34,112 bases of DNA, from NCBI GenBank assembly GCA_964425545.1, contig CAYRMP010000001.1, positions 1 to 34,112 of the forward strand, written 5' to 3'. This document shows, in pieces, positions 6,667 through 15,813 of the stretch; positions within the stretch are counted from its first letter, which is position 1, and each line of letters begins with the position of its first letter. The notes under the pieces are model-generated. The model did no database searches, had not been told where the DNA came from, and saw only the letters and a program-made list of their open reading frames with translations. The DNA is from an uncultured Methanosarcinales archaeon (GTDB taxonomy: Archaea > Nanobdellota > Nanobdellia > Woesearchaeales > GW2011-AR9). The translations under genes were made by a program, and so were the position numbers.

Positions 6667-7851
6667 ATGGTAGATGTACTTGCATTTTTACTCAAATATA
6701 AATTCATCCTAATTTTTTATTTATTGGTTGTTTTCTTTATAGCTTACAACTGGAAAAGAATAGAACGCCAGGCTAAAATTATTTTTCTTTACCGCACAAA
6801 GTTGGGGTTGCGCTTGATGGATAAGATTTCTCAAAAATTGCGTGAATGGGTTATCTTATTTGGTTACATCGGCATGGGGGCTGGTTTTGTAGGATTAGCA
6901 TTAATCTCGTACGTGCTTATCAGTAATTTATATGCATTGATTACTAAACCAGAAGCAGTATCTGGAGTTTCTTTAGTATTGCCGGGAGTGCATGTTCCGG
7001 GAATGGGGGTGCTGCCTTTTTGGTATTGGATACTTGCTATCTTTGCTATCGCCATAGTGCATGAATTCTCTCACGGCGTTGTTGCCCGCGCACATAATAT
7101 TCCTGTCAAAAATACCGGCCTGGTTTTCTTCGGCCCGATTTTAGGAGCATTTGTTGAACCGGATGAAAAAAAATTACGTAAAGAACAGGATATTGTGCAA
7201 TATTCAGTGTTGGCAGCAGGATCGTTTTCAAATGTTATGTTGGCGGTTGTTGCATTATTGTTCCTTAATTTTGCGTTTATGCCTTTGCAAGAAACAATGG
7301 TAACTCCGTCAGGATTCAGCTTTGATAATTATGTGAATGATAATCTTCCTGCTGCAAAAGCGGGAATTGAACCGGGAACGGTCATCACGGGAATAAATGA
7401 TCAAAAAGTGTCTAATTTTCAGGAGTTTAGTGATGAACTGACATTTTACCGTCCGGGAGAATCAATTGTGGTCAATACTGCAGAAAAAGACTATGCTATT
7501 AAACTGGCAGCAAATCCGGATAATGAAAAAAAACCTTTCTTGGGAGTTCTCAACATCAAGAATGAATTTGATATCAAAGAACAATATGAATCGGGAGCGG
7601 GAAAAGCATTGTATGTAATCTTAAATTGGCTTACTGGATTTTTACGCTGGTTATTCTTGCTAAGTATTGGAATCGGATTATTTAATTTATTACCTCTGCC
7701 AATCGTTGACGGCGGAAGAATGGCCCAAGTGTTTTTACACAAACTGAAAGGTCAGGAAAAAGGAGAAAGGCTATATCATAAAGTGAGTTTATTTTTCTTG
7801 TTAGTGCTGTTATTGAACTTATTTTATCCATTATTAGCAAAGTTGTTGTAG
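6667..7851 (+). CDS. site-2 protease (M50 family) with PDZ domain
   Basis: HEFSHG (HExxH) lies in a TM helix. A PDZ-like insert is present (AAKAGIEPGTVITGINDQKVSNFQEF), followed by the second metal-ligand motif NLLPLPIVDGG. Confidence 0.85.
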   Translation: MVDVLAFLLKYKFILIFYLLVVFFIAYNWKRIERQAKIIFLYRTKLGLRLMDKISQKLREWVILFGYIGMGAGFVGLALISYVLISNLYALITKPEAVSGVSLVLPGVHVPGMGVLPFWYWILAIFAIAIVHEFSHGVVARAHNIPVKNTGLVFFGPILGAFVEPDEKKLRKEQDIVQYSVLAAGSFSNVMLAVVALLFLNFAFMPLQETMVTPSGFSFDNYVNDNLPAAKAGIEPGTVITGINDQKVSNFQEFSDELTFYRPGESIVVNTAEKDYAIKLAANPDNEKKPFLGVLNIKNEFDIKEQYESGAGKALYVILNWLTGFLRWLFLLSIGIGLFNLLPLPIVDGGRMAQVFLHKLKGQEKGERLYHKVSLFFLLVLLLNLFYPLLAKLL

Positions 7852-7894
7852 AACCCACATAAATTTTTATATTGGCCTTTTCGGGAAGAAATAA

Positions 7895-8308
7895 ATGGAT
7901 TACGACCAATTCAAAATAAAAGAATATGATTTCTGGGATTTATTTTTACATGTTAACCAATACCCTTATCTTGGACGGTGTTATGCCTGGGCAAAGCGAG
8001 AAGATGCTGACAAAATAACCGGTATCAAGAGCGGCGAATTGGTAGAATTGTTTGGAGACATCATTCCTGCGTGGGATCGGGCGGTTTATCAGTTATTTCA
8101 ACATGACCGGCCCAATCTGGCAATCTTAGGGAATGAAGCGCCACATTTGCATGCGCATTTAATCCCGCGTTATAATGCACCAAAAGAATTCCAAGGCATT
8201 ACCTTTATTGATCCTAATCCACAAGGAAATTATGCCCCTTATCCTAAACAGAAGATTGAATTGGATATTTTATTGCAGATTAAAGATGCTATTAAAGAAA
8301 AGATATAA
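7895..8308 (+). CDS. HIT (histidine triad) family nucleotide hydrolase/transferase
   Basis: Histidine triad APHLHAHLIPRY near the C-terminal third; ~137 aa. Confidence 0.8.
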   Translation: MDYDQFKIKEYDFWDLFLHVNQYPYLGRCYAWAKREDADKITGIKSGELVELFGDIIPAWDRAVYQLFQHDRPNLAILGNEAPHLHAHLIPRYNAPKEFQGITFIDPNPQGNYAPYPKQKIELDILLQIKDAIKEKI

Positions 8309-8330
8309 AAAAAAGTAAGAAAAAAAATAA
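8307..8330 (-). terminator. oligo-T terminator for the minus-strand lipoprotein gene
   Basis: The minus strand reads TTATTTTTTTTCTTACTTTTTT directly after the TAA at 8331..8333. Archaeal termination uses oligo-T tracts. Confidence 0.4.
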
Positions 8331-8885
8331 TTAACTGCAAATTAACTCAAACTGAAGCCCCTGATATCCGCCAGCATAGGATTGGTGGAGGATGTTTCTT
8401 AAAATCACTTTAGTTCCATCTGTTAAAACTTTTGAATTGCCTTCTTTTAGACCAAATTCTTCACCATTAATCACAAATACACCGTTAGTTTCTTCAGTAA
8501 CTCCATTCATCGAATCATCTAAACTATAGTACGTAAATATAGAATAGTCTTTTAAACAAGCTTTTTCTAATTTAAATTGTGTTCCCCTCACCCCACCAGC
8601 ATAATCTTGAATTACAGAACCGTTATGAGTTAATTTTACCCCAGCGAGAACACTTGACTCACCACTTTTTAAATTGCCAGATGAAACATCATTAACAGCA
8701 TAAGCTCCCACATGACCTTCCATATTAACAGCATATGCATTAATTTCATAATCCTTCAAACACATAGTGGACTTAGCACTAATTTGTTTTTCAACATTTT
8801 TAACTCTAACTGCCTGCCCAGTGCCGCAACCTACTATAAATATCGAAACTATTACTAAACTTAAAACAATTAACATTTTTCTCAT
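8331..8885 (-). CDS. secreted lipoprotein with two tandem homologous domains
   Basis: Signal peptide plus lipobox (MRKMLIVLSLVIVSIFIVGCGTG). I prefer the ATG at 8885 over the GTG at 8894 because GAGGTG lies 7 nt upstream of it. Internal duplication: CLKDYEINAY...LKSGESSVLAGVKLTHNGSVIQDYAGGVRGTQFKL versus CLKDYSIFTY...LKEGNSKVLTDGTKVILRNILHQSYAGGYQGLQFEL. Confidence 0.65.
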   Translation of the reverse strand: MRKMLIVLSLVIVSIFIVGCGTGQAVRVKNVEKQISAKSTMCLKDYEINAYAVNMEGHVGAYAVNDVSSGNLKSGESSVLAGVKLTHNGSVIQDYAGGVRGTQFKLEKACLKDYSIFTYYSLDDSMNGVTEETNGVFVINGEEFGLKEGNSKVLTDGTKVILRNILHQSYAGGYQGLQFELICS

Positions 8886-8945
8886 ATTTAACACCTCATC
8901 GTAATTTATATTTTAGAAGATTTGTTTATTTTTAAAAACTCGTGA

Positions 8946-8955
8946 CCCCCCCCCC
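8946..8955. repeat. C10 (G10 on the minus strand) homopolymer in an intergenic spacer
   Basis: GTGACCCCCCCCCCGATAG. It lies ~60 nt upstream of the lipoprotein start and 17 nt downstream of the stop of the NTase gene. The surrounding DNA is very AT-rich. Confidence 0.9.
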
Positions 8956-8971
8956 GATAGTAAAAATCAAA

Positions 8972-9631
8972 CTAATGTTTTAGCTTTTTGTTTTTAACCT
9001 GTTTTTCTACTATTTCAAAGAGTTTGTTTAATGCTTCTCGAGGAATACCTAAGTTCATTTTTGTTTTGAGATATTCCAAGAAATAGCCTAAATCAAAGGC
9101 TGCTCTATCTTTTCCCAATTCAATTTGTTTTTTTGCTTCACCAATTACTACACCCCAATTTATTTTGATAGAATTGATGATTTTTCGGGCATCATCTTTA
9201 TCTTTTATTCTGTCAGTAGCACATTTCATAAGTATAATATCGTGGGGATCGGCAATTTTTAAAATTAAATTTTCTTCAAATTGGTGGATTTGTTCTGCTC
9301 TTTTTCTCATATTCTCAGAAAAGATGAAATCTATTACTTCTACAACAAATAAATCAAAACGTTCATCGTTTAGTTTAAACATTTCGGGGGTATTTCTCTT
9401 TGCGCCGTAAACTTTAATGGCATCCATCTCTAAGTAACCCAAAGATTTTACTGCTTCTTTGAAAACATCACGGTCTTTCTCGTTTTCAAAGACGAGATCA
9501 ATATCTAAAGTCGCGTCTTTAAAACCCAGGAACATCATGGCTGTCCCCCCTATGGCATAAACAGTTATCTTTCTGGTGAGTCTTCTGGAGATGTTTAATA
9601 ATAATTTTTGTTGTTGATCTATAGTAATCAT
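8972..9631 (-). CDS. AbiEii/AbiGii-like nucleotidyltransferase (putative type IV TA toxin)
   Basis: N-terminal ITVYAIGGTAMMFLGFKDATLDIDLVF fits the GGTAL...D.D NTase motif of DUF1814/AbiEii. Later MKCATDRIKDKDDARKI resembles the K..A...R.KD..D motif. The start overlaps the upstream wHTH gene by 4 nt (ATGA). Confidence 0.5.
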   Translation of the reverse strand: MITIDQQQKLLLNISRRLTRKITVYAIGGTAMMFLGFKDATLDIDLVFENEKDRDVFKEAVKSLGYLEMDAIKVYGAKRNTPEMFKLNDERFDLFVVEVIDFIFSENMRKRAEQIHQFEENLILKIADPHDIILMKCATDRIKDKDDARKIINSIKINWGVVIGEAKKQIELGKDRAAFDLGYFLEYLKTKMNLGIPREALNKLFEIVEKQVKNKKLKH

Positions 9632-10248
9632 CTGTATTCCTCCAAATCGTTCTTGTTAAACGGGAGATAAATTTTCCATACTTTTTCTATTTTCGTAAAA
9701 TCTCTGGTTTCTAATCCTGGGACAACATATTCAAATTTATGTTCTTTTTTGGGAAGAGTGCTGCTTCTAAATTTATTAGCCATCCTTCTTACTTTCATAA
9801 TCTGGCGAGCAAGATCATACAATGCCCCAACTTGTCTTTCGATATGATTCTCTTTGGCAAGACGATATAATTCTGCCCAATGACTAATTTTTTTAAATAA
9901 GGCCAACGAAGCGAGAATAGTTCTAAGGCTTTTAGTTTTGATTGCATAGATTAAAGTTTCTTCTAAACTTGGTTCTCTTCCGTATATTTTATGAATTATT
10001 GGTGTGGAAATTTTAATAGGAGAATGCTGATTAATTATCTCATAGTAACTTTTACCCCCTAATTTATTATCCAGAGAGATATTGTAGACCCTTCTATTAT
10101 TACTCTGCCTCCTGGTTTTAACATAACCCTCTTTTCTAAGGGCGTGAAGATAATAAATAGCCATTCTTTTATCTGCTTTAAGTATGTCCATTACTGATTC
10201 AATGGTTTGAATTCCGGCTAGTTTTTGTAGAAGTTCGATCTTCTTCAT
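9628..10248 (-). CDS. winged-helix DNA-binding protein, AbiEi-like putative antitoxin/regulator
   Basis: The N-terminal ~60 aa look like a wHTH (VMDILKADKRMAIYYLHALRKEGYVKTRRQSNNRRVYNIS). The gene is translationally coupled to the downstream NTase. rc ATTTATATAATA lies ~25 nt upstream of the ATG. Confidence 0.4.
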   Translation of the reverse strand: MKKIELLQKLAGIQTIESVMDILKADKRMAIYYLHALRKEGYVKTRRQSNNRRVYNISLDNKLGGKSYYEIINQHSPIKISTPIIHKIYGREPSLEETLIYAIKTKSLRTILASLALFKKISHWAELYRLAKENHIERQVGALYDLARQIMKVRRMANKFRSSTLPKKEHKFEYVVPGLETRDFTKIEKVWKIYLPFNKNDLEEYR

Positions 10249-10373
10249 AGTTTAACTTAGGTATAACTATTATATAAATGTTTCTGATTTGTAAGAAATA
10301 GTATTTAATCTAACTGAACAAGCGGTTTGAACGTCAAAGACTCTCTTCTATAACTACCTAGAATATTCTGCTT

Positions 10374-13300
10374 TTACGAACCTATTCTTAATTTTCCCGT
10401 CAATTGCGGCCAGAAGAAATCTAATCCAGCATTTACCACCACTGTTTGCATAGTGCCATTAACTGCGCAATGTACTTTCTCCATTCCAGAAGCTTCTTCC
10501 AGCAGTTCTAATTGTAATTCTGGCGGGACTTTGATGTTTCTGACATATTCGCACACCGGAGTATCGAAGTTTTGGTATTCCGCAACTAAACTTTGCCGCA
10601 CACCGGGGAATATCTCTTCTACGGCGCGAACTTTCTTGCCGGCAACATTGGCGATGTAAACATTCCGGAAATTCTGCGCTTGAGTAACAAATGTTTTTTC
10701 TGCTAAAGGGCCGGAACCAAACAAATTCTTGAACCATTTGAGGATGTTGTCAATTACGCCTGGGCTCAGTTGTAATCCTTCTTGAGCAAAAATCACTGCA
10801 TTCAATTCGTCAGAATGATATAGGTCTGCACTGCTGGGGAATTCTAAGCCTTGTAAATTACATTCTACAAAATCGCTTCCTGAACTCTTGCAGATCTGGC
10901 TTAATTTATCCTGCGGGATATTTAATGAAACTAAGAAAGACTTGGGATCATCTATTTCTTTGTTGAGGGTGGTTGCAAGAGCTACTTTAAATTTGCCGCC
11001 GTCTTTGTATTGCAATACACACACATTATTGATACAGGTGTTCTGGCTGTCTGGAACTAATCTTTTTCCGTCTGGGTCTTTAATATTGTTAAAACAGGTA
11101 GGCAATACTTGCGGTTGAGCTGGCTTTTGCAGACTTTTAGATAACGATTGCTGAGATTTCTGGGTAACTGAATATTCCCCACCTAGATAATTTTCATTAT
11201 TCCCTAAATCTAATAGTGTTTCTCTATAAGGGGAACAATACAACGTATATTCGTCGTTCTCTGCGACTTCTAATAATTTTGTTGCTAAATACTTGGTTCT
11301 GCTGGTCCAGTTTCCTTGGTTGCAGTAATTATCAAAAATATATTCAGTATTGTTAACGCAGATAGGATATTTTCCCTTATAGAAACTTTCGGCAGTGTTT
11401 TCTGCCTTTCCAGAACCCAAGACAAAACACTGGCTTTCCTGCGGGCAAAATCCCCATTGTTGGGCATTCCAGTCAAATTTCAATGGTGAACGCTTCCATG
11501 CTCCATCAACACAGCGGTAATCTCTTCCGTCAGCAACATGCTCAGTAATAGTTGTCAATGTGCTCATGGGTTCTACGCAAGCATAGCCGTTCCAGCAGTA
11601 ATTGTCTGGACAGCAGGCGACTCCTGATCTTGCATCTGGATTGGCGAACCCTTCCGGCAACTGATCACCAGATTTATATGAATATTCTACCGGGCCGAAT
11701 TCATCAACTAATTGTAAAGATGGTTTTTCTACTTCGCAGGGCCCGGTAAATTCAACAACGAGATAGGATGCATCACCGGTGTTAAACTGCGGCAATGTTG
11801 CTTCTTCGCTGTTACCATCTTTACCAACTAAGAGTATTTTTGTAATGCATTCCTGCGCTGTACTGAAATATAAATCAGCCTGCGAAGGCACAGATATCCT
11901 TTCCGAACGCAGCTTTTGGTTGCTTCCTAAAGAAACTTTATTTTCTTTCACATAATTGCTTTTTTCATCAGCTACGGTCTGGCCGTTGGCTAATAAAATC
12001 TCCCAATACGGAATTTTTGTTGCTGAAGCAATAAACTCTGCATTAGGAATAAAGTTTTGCGCTGGCAGGACTGCGGTTGATTGGTTCCTGGAGGAAGCAA
12101 GCTTGGCTTGTTCTTTTAGTACCAGTTCAACATTTTCATAATATGTGGAGATATTTTGGCCGGGTTCTGGTTTTTGCAGAGGATCGGCATAACCAACATG
12201 AGTTAATCCTTCCTCGCTCCAGGTATTAACGACCGTAAATGCATCTTTATTCTTCTCTTCTTTGTGAACTTCGCTGTAAGAACAGAATTTATCCCCGATA
12301 ACCGCACAATATTGCAGATTTTTATCTTCTTCAATAGTTGTTATAAAGTCTGCTGCTCTGCATCCATAAAACCCTATGTCTTTGGTTGATTCTTCGCCTT
12401 CGTTGTAATATAATACTTGCTGGGCAATTCTTTTTACTCGTAGGTTTGCATATTCTGAAAATTCCTGGCTGGTGACCAGAGTTTCATCCGCTGTCAATGT
12501 TCCGGTAACATAATATAATTCGTATAAATCTGGATGCAGGTTAGTTACTTTATACGGCGGATTTCCTGGAAGCGGGAAAAGACATTCTGTCTCGCTGCAA
12601 GCGTAAGTTACCGTTTGAGTAACGGGTTTGGTCGAAGGAGCTAAGTTGCTGATGGGGAAAAAATGTTTTGGCTTTAATTTTGCAACTACGGAAATGGGGT
12701 GATGCCATACCTCACGAGCTTCTTCTTTGTTAAGATATTGGGCTGGGCCGGCTAGTTTGAAATTTTCATCATCTGGATCTGTAGCTGAAGGCAATTCCTT
12801 CCCAATAGGGGTATTTGTTGCTTCATCATAGAAAAATAATTCTATTGCTGAATTAGGATCGTCGCTGGTGGTGTCCTTAAACCACAACTTAGTAATTCCT
12901 CTGTAACTTTGATTAGAAATACTTTCTGCTAATTTAAAATGGCATAAAACAGTGGAGGTATCTCCTACCTTCAAGGTATTTTCAACATTATCTTCGTTGC
13001 ATTTGATAGTTTTTTCATCCAAGATATCATCTTTTGGATCAGAAATTTTTTGTTGGCTGTAAGTGCGATAATCTATGGTAATAGTTGGTAATGGTATGGA
13101 GTCATAATGCGGATCGAACTCCGTTTCCTGAGACTGTACTTTGAACTCTACATCCATAACTGTATCACTGGAAGCGATGGGTTGAGAATTCCAACAGCCA
13201 TAATATGTCGCTTCACTGCCCTGGTCCGGATCAACAAATTCTTTACTTAATCCGGCATAATATTCATTCTTGGCATTTCCGCAGCAGTTGGCCGCCGGCG

Positions 13301-15743
13301 CAATCTCGCTAACTTCTTGATCTTCGCCTAGCCAGGCTTCTTTACCGTACAATACTTCACAGAGATTCTGTCCGGTAATTCCGGCGTCGGGATTGCCGGC
13401 ATCGGCATCTTGTATCCAAGTGCTGGAACTGGCTGCTTCCTGACCTGAACAAAGCTGGTTTGGTAAATTAGGATTATCGCTGGTCAAGTAAATGTTGCGA
13501 ACTTCAATTAAATTCTCGCTGTCGGAACTGATTGTAAAGCCTTGGATTGCTTTATAATCACCGACGGGAACTTGCACGTGCATGTACGCAGTTGAATCTG
13601 AAAGAGGAGAATTGATAGCATAACCTAAAACATTGCCGTCGAAATAAACTACCTTTTTATCATCAACTTTAGGACCAACTAACTTTAAATTTATTTTTAA
13701 TGGAAGTTTGAGGTCTTTCAATTCTGCTGGAGTTCCAGCTTCGTCCTTCACAAAGCGAACCATAAAGTTAAGATAATTATAACCGGTAAAATCTAAAAAT
13801 CCTTGTCCATAATATTTTTCATATAATTCGTTATATTCTATAACAACAGAGGTATCTATTTTAGATTCGCGAAGGTAATCATTTTCTGCGGTTGGTTCAT
13901 CGGGTATTTCTGGAATTGAAAGAGGAAGCGTATAAAGTCCTTCTCCCGTGTATCGGCCTTTCACGCTGGGATTTTCACGCTTATTCCAGTCACTGGTACA
14001 TTCTGCCCACGCCCACCTGTTTCCTTCCTGATAACAATAAAACCGGTTGCTTAACTTTTGTTCTGCACCTTCTGCCAACACCGGCGGTTCAAAGTTTTTT
14101 TCTGATTGGGCATTGCAGGCCAGCCAATCGTCAGCATTTGACACTACATCAAAAGGTGCTTCTCCTGGTTTTTTGATTGTAAAAATTTTAAAGATGTTAT
14201 TAACGGCTGCTGCATCTATCCAGCACCAATTCTTTCCTTCACAGCCATTATTGTCAAAAACTTCCTCGATTCCATTGCCATCGAAATCTTTTTCAGTGCT
14301 TACAAAATCTTTATTGTCGGTTAAACAGGCAAAGCTTTGCTGAGAATTTAGTTCTGTTAAAACCTTGCCGGCATCATCAGCGCCATTATAACCGCAACAG
14401 TAACCGCCTTCTGTGGTATCTATCCAGGAAAATGGTTCATTATAAATGTTAAGCGCGCGGAATGCGGCTTTATCGCAAATATAATCTCCGCCGCCGCAAG
14501 AATTGTCGTCAGTACATAACTCTGTAGCGATGTACTGGCAAGTTCCCGGTTCTGAACTAGTAGTATCACACTCCCAATCGTTGACATTGCCACAGTCGTC
14601 ATTTGAATCACATGTATCCACTGGTGGTTGGCCTTTTAATCTACAAATTCCGGTTATTTGTTCCGCATTTTCTGAAGTGAGGCATTCTTCACCTTCTTCA
14701 CAAGGGTTAGCTTCTGAACAAATTTCATTACTCTCACTGCAATGCCCAACTACTCCTTGTTCGCAAGAAGCTTTGTTTTCGTGACAGCTGTCTGAAGTCA
14801 CTCCTTTCGTATCTTCGAGTTCTTCACTTTGTCCTGGACCGCCGCAATCGTTGTTGATTCCGTCACCGCACACTTCTGCTGCGCCGCTATTGATACAAAT
14901 TGCACAGCTGGAATATCTGCCGGGATTTTTTTCACATGCTCCTTTTGCTAATTTCCTGATTTCTTCAACGGTTTGATCTTTACCTTCTACGGTTGGACAC
15001 TCAAGTCCGGGATAATCATCAGAAGCATCATCATCACAATCTTCGCTGGTAGTATATCCGTCCTTGTCTTGATCGGTAACCCATTCGTATGCGCCGGTAT
15101 TTTTATTGATAGTGCATTCGTAAGTTTTTCCGTCAGCAACCACTTTTTTCTTAAGATGCTCCTGGCTATCGCATCTTGCCCATAAGTTGTTATCAGAACA
15201 AATATATTCCCACTTGTCGTTAGCATAAGCCCAATTTGATAAAAACTCTGGGTCACCAACATCACCACTAAGGGCGGACATTGGACCAGAAAATGCCCTG
15301 CTATGCACCCCGTTCCCAAACTTCATTCCGGGGACAGCGCTACGATAGCCGCAATCGTCGTCATTAGGAGAATCATCTTCGTCACCCACTACTAACCAAC
15401 AACCATTGTCCGGCGGGGTCGAAGAAACGACATCTAGTTTGCAGTCCCCAGTATCCATTAGATTTAAAATGGTGCCCCCCGGAGTACCAGGTTCATAGCT
15501 CTGGCATTCTATGCCTTCCTCGTTGCAATCAAAATTATAAGCTTTTAAAGGATCAGGATTAGGATCACTTATTCCGTCTATTTCACTGCATGAACCCCCA
15601 TAACATGTTTCTACACCCACAACAATAGAAATACATTGATCGGTAGGACAATGTGCTTTCCATCCGCCAAGAACAGAATAAGATTGAAATAGGCTAAAAA
15701 GTAAAACTACTACTATCAAAAACCCTCTTTTTTTACTATTCAT
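10374..15743 (-). CDS. giant (1789 aa) secreted cysteine-rich acidic protein with a MopE-type metal-binding motif
   Basis: Uninterrupted 5.37-kb ORF with signal peptide MNSKKRGFLIVVVLLFSLFQSYSVLG. Dense CxnC patterns occur throughout. DQDKDGYTTSEDCDDDASDDYPGLEC...EVCGDGINNDCGG matches the putative metal-binding motif family (PF11617-like). No TM anchor was seen. Confidence 0.85.
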   Translation of the reverse strand: MNSKKRGFLIVVVLLFSLFQSYSVLGGWKAHCPTDQCISIVVGVETCYGGSCSEIDGISDPNPDPLKAYNFDCNEEGIECQSYEPGTPGGTILNLMDTGDCKLDVVSSTPPDNGCWLVVGDEDDSPNDDDCGYRSAVPGMKFGNGVHSRAFSGPMSALSGDVGDPEFLSNWAYANDKWEYICSDNNLWARCDSQEHLKKKVVADGKTYECTINKNTGAYEWVTDQDKDGYTTSEDCDDDASDDYPGLECPTVEGKDQTVEEIRKLAKGACEKNPGRYSSCAICINSGAAEVCGDGINNDCGGPGQSEELEDTKGVTSDSCHENKASCEQGVVGHCSESNEICSEANPCEEGEECLTSENAEQITGICRLKGQPPVDTCDSNDDCGNVNDWECDTTSSEPGTCQYIATELCTDDNSCGGGDYICDKAAFRALNIYNEPFSWIDTTEGGYCCGYNGADDAGKVLTELNSQQSFACLTDNKDFVSTEKDFDGNGIEEVFDNNGCEGKNWCWIDAAAVNNIFKIFTIKKPGEAPFDVVSNADDWLACNAQSEKNFEPPVLAEGAEQKLSNRFYCYQEGNRWAWAECTSDWNKRENPSVKGRYTGEGLYTLPLSIPEIPDEPTAENDYLRESKIDTSVVIEYNELYEKYYGQGFLDFTGYNYLNFMVRFVKDEAGTPAELKDLKLPLKINLKLVGPKVDDKKVVYFDGNVLGYAINSPLSDSTAYMHVQVPVGDYKAIQGFTISSDSENLIEVRNIYLTSDNPNLPNQLCSGQEAASSSTWIQDADAGNPDAGITGQNLCEVLYGKEAWLGEDQEVSEIAPAANCCGNAKNEYYAGLSKEFVDPDQGSEATYYGCWNSQPIASSDTVMDVEFKVQSQETEFDPHYDSIPLPTITIDYRTYSQQKISDPKDDILDEKTIKCNEDNVENTLKVGDTSTVLCHFKLAESISNQSYRGITKLWFKDTTSDDPNSAIELFFYDEATNTPIGKELPSATDPDDENFKLAGPAQYLNKEEAREVWHHPISVVAKLKPKHFFPISNLAPSTKPVTQTVTYACSETECLFPLPGNPPYKVTNLHPDLYELYYVTGTLTADETLVTSQEFSEYANLRVKRIAQQVLYYNEGEESTKDIGFYGCRAADFITTIEEDKNLQYCAVIGDKFCSYSEVHKEEKNKDAFTVVNTWSEEGLTHVGYADPLQKPEPGQNISTYYENVELVLKEQAKLASSRNQSTAVLPAQNFIPNAEFIASATKIPYWEILLANGQTVADEKSNYVKENKVSLGSNQKLRSERISVPSQADLYFSTAQECITKILLVGKDGNSEEATLPQFNTGDASYLVVEFTGPCEVEKPSLQLVDEFGPVEYSYKSGDQLPEGFANPDARSGVACCPDNYCWNGYACVEPMSTLTTITEHVADGRDYRCVDGAWKRSPLKFDWNAQQWGFCPQESQCFVLGSGKAENTAESFYKGKYPICVNNTEYIFDNYCNQGNWTSRTKYLATKLLEVAENDEYTLYCSPYRETLLDLGNNENYLGGEYSVTQKSQQSLSKSLQKPAQPQVLPTCFNNIKDPDGKRLVPDSQNTCINNVCVLQYKDGGKFKVALATTLNKEIDDPKSFLVSLNIPQDKLSQICKSSGSDFVECNLQGLEFPSSADLYHSDELNAVIFAQEGLQLSPGVIDNILKWFKNLFGSGPLAEKTFVTQAQNFRNVYIANVAGKKVRAVEEIFPGVRQSLVAEYQNFDTPVCEYVRNIKVPPELQLELLEEASGMEKVHCAVNGTMQTVVVNAGLDFFWPQLTGKLRIGS

Positions 15744-15769
15744 CTATATTCAAAAATAAACTATTTACC

Positions 15770-15777
15770 TATATAAA
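15770..15777 (-). promoter_or_regulatory. TATA box for the giant gene
   Basis: The minus strand reads ACATTTATATAGG. TTTATATA is centred ~31 nt upstream of the ATG at 15743, with no SD. Confidence 0.45.
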
Positions 15778-15786
15778 TGTAGCGAC

Positions 15787-15813
15787 AAAGAAAAAGATAA
15801 AAATAAAGAAAAA
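15787..15813 (-). terminator. oligo-T terminator after the mini-lipoprotein operon
   Basis: The minus strand reads TTTTCTTTATTTTTATCTTTTTCTTT immediately after the TAA at 15814..15816. This separates the two small genes from the giant gene transcriptionally. Confidence 0.4.

Noticed and set aside
10453-15319. Numerous 60-110-aa ORFs on both strands inside the giant gene (for example 10453..10659, 13892..14176, 14047..14343, 14503..14784, 14987..15319).
   Set aside because: All lie entirely within the uninterrupted 1789-aa ORF. They have low-complexity or odd composition and no start context. They are best explained as shadow ORFs of a long gene.
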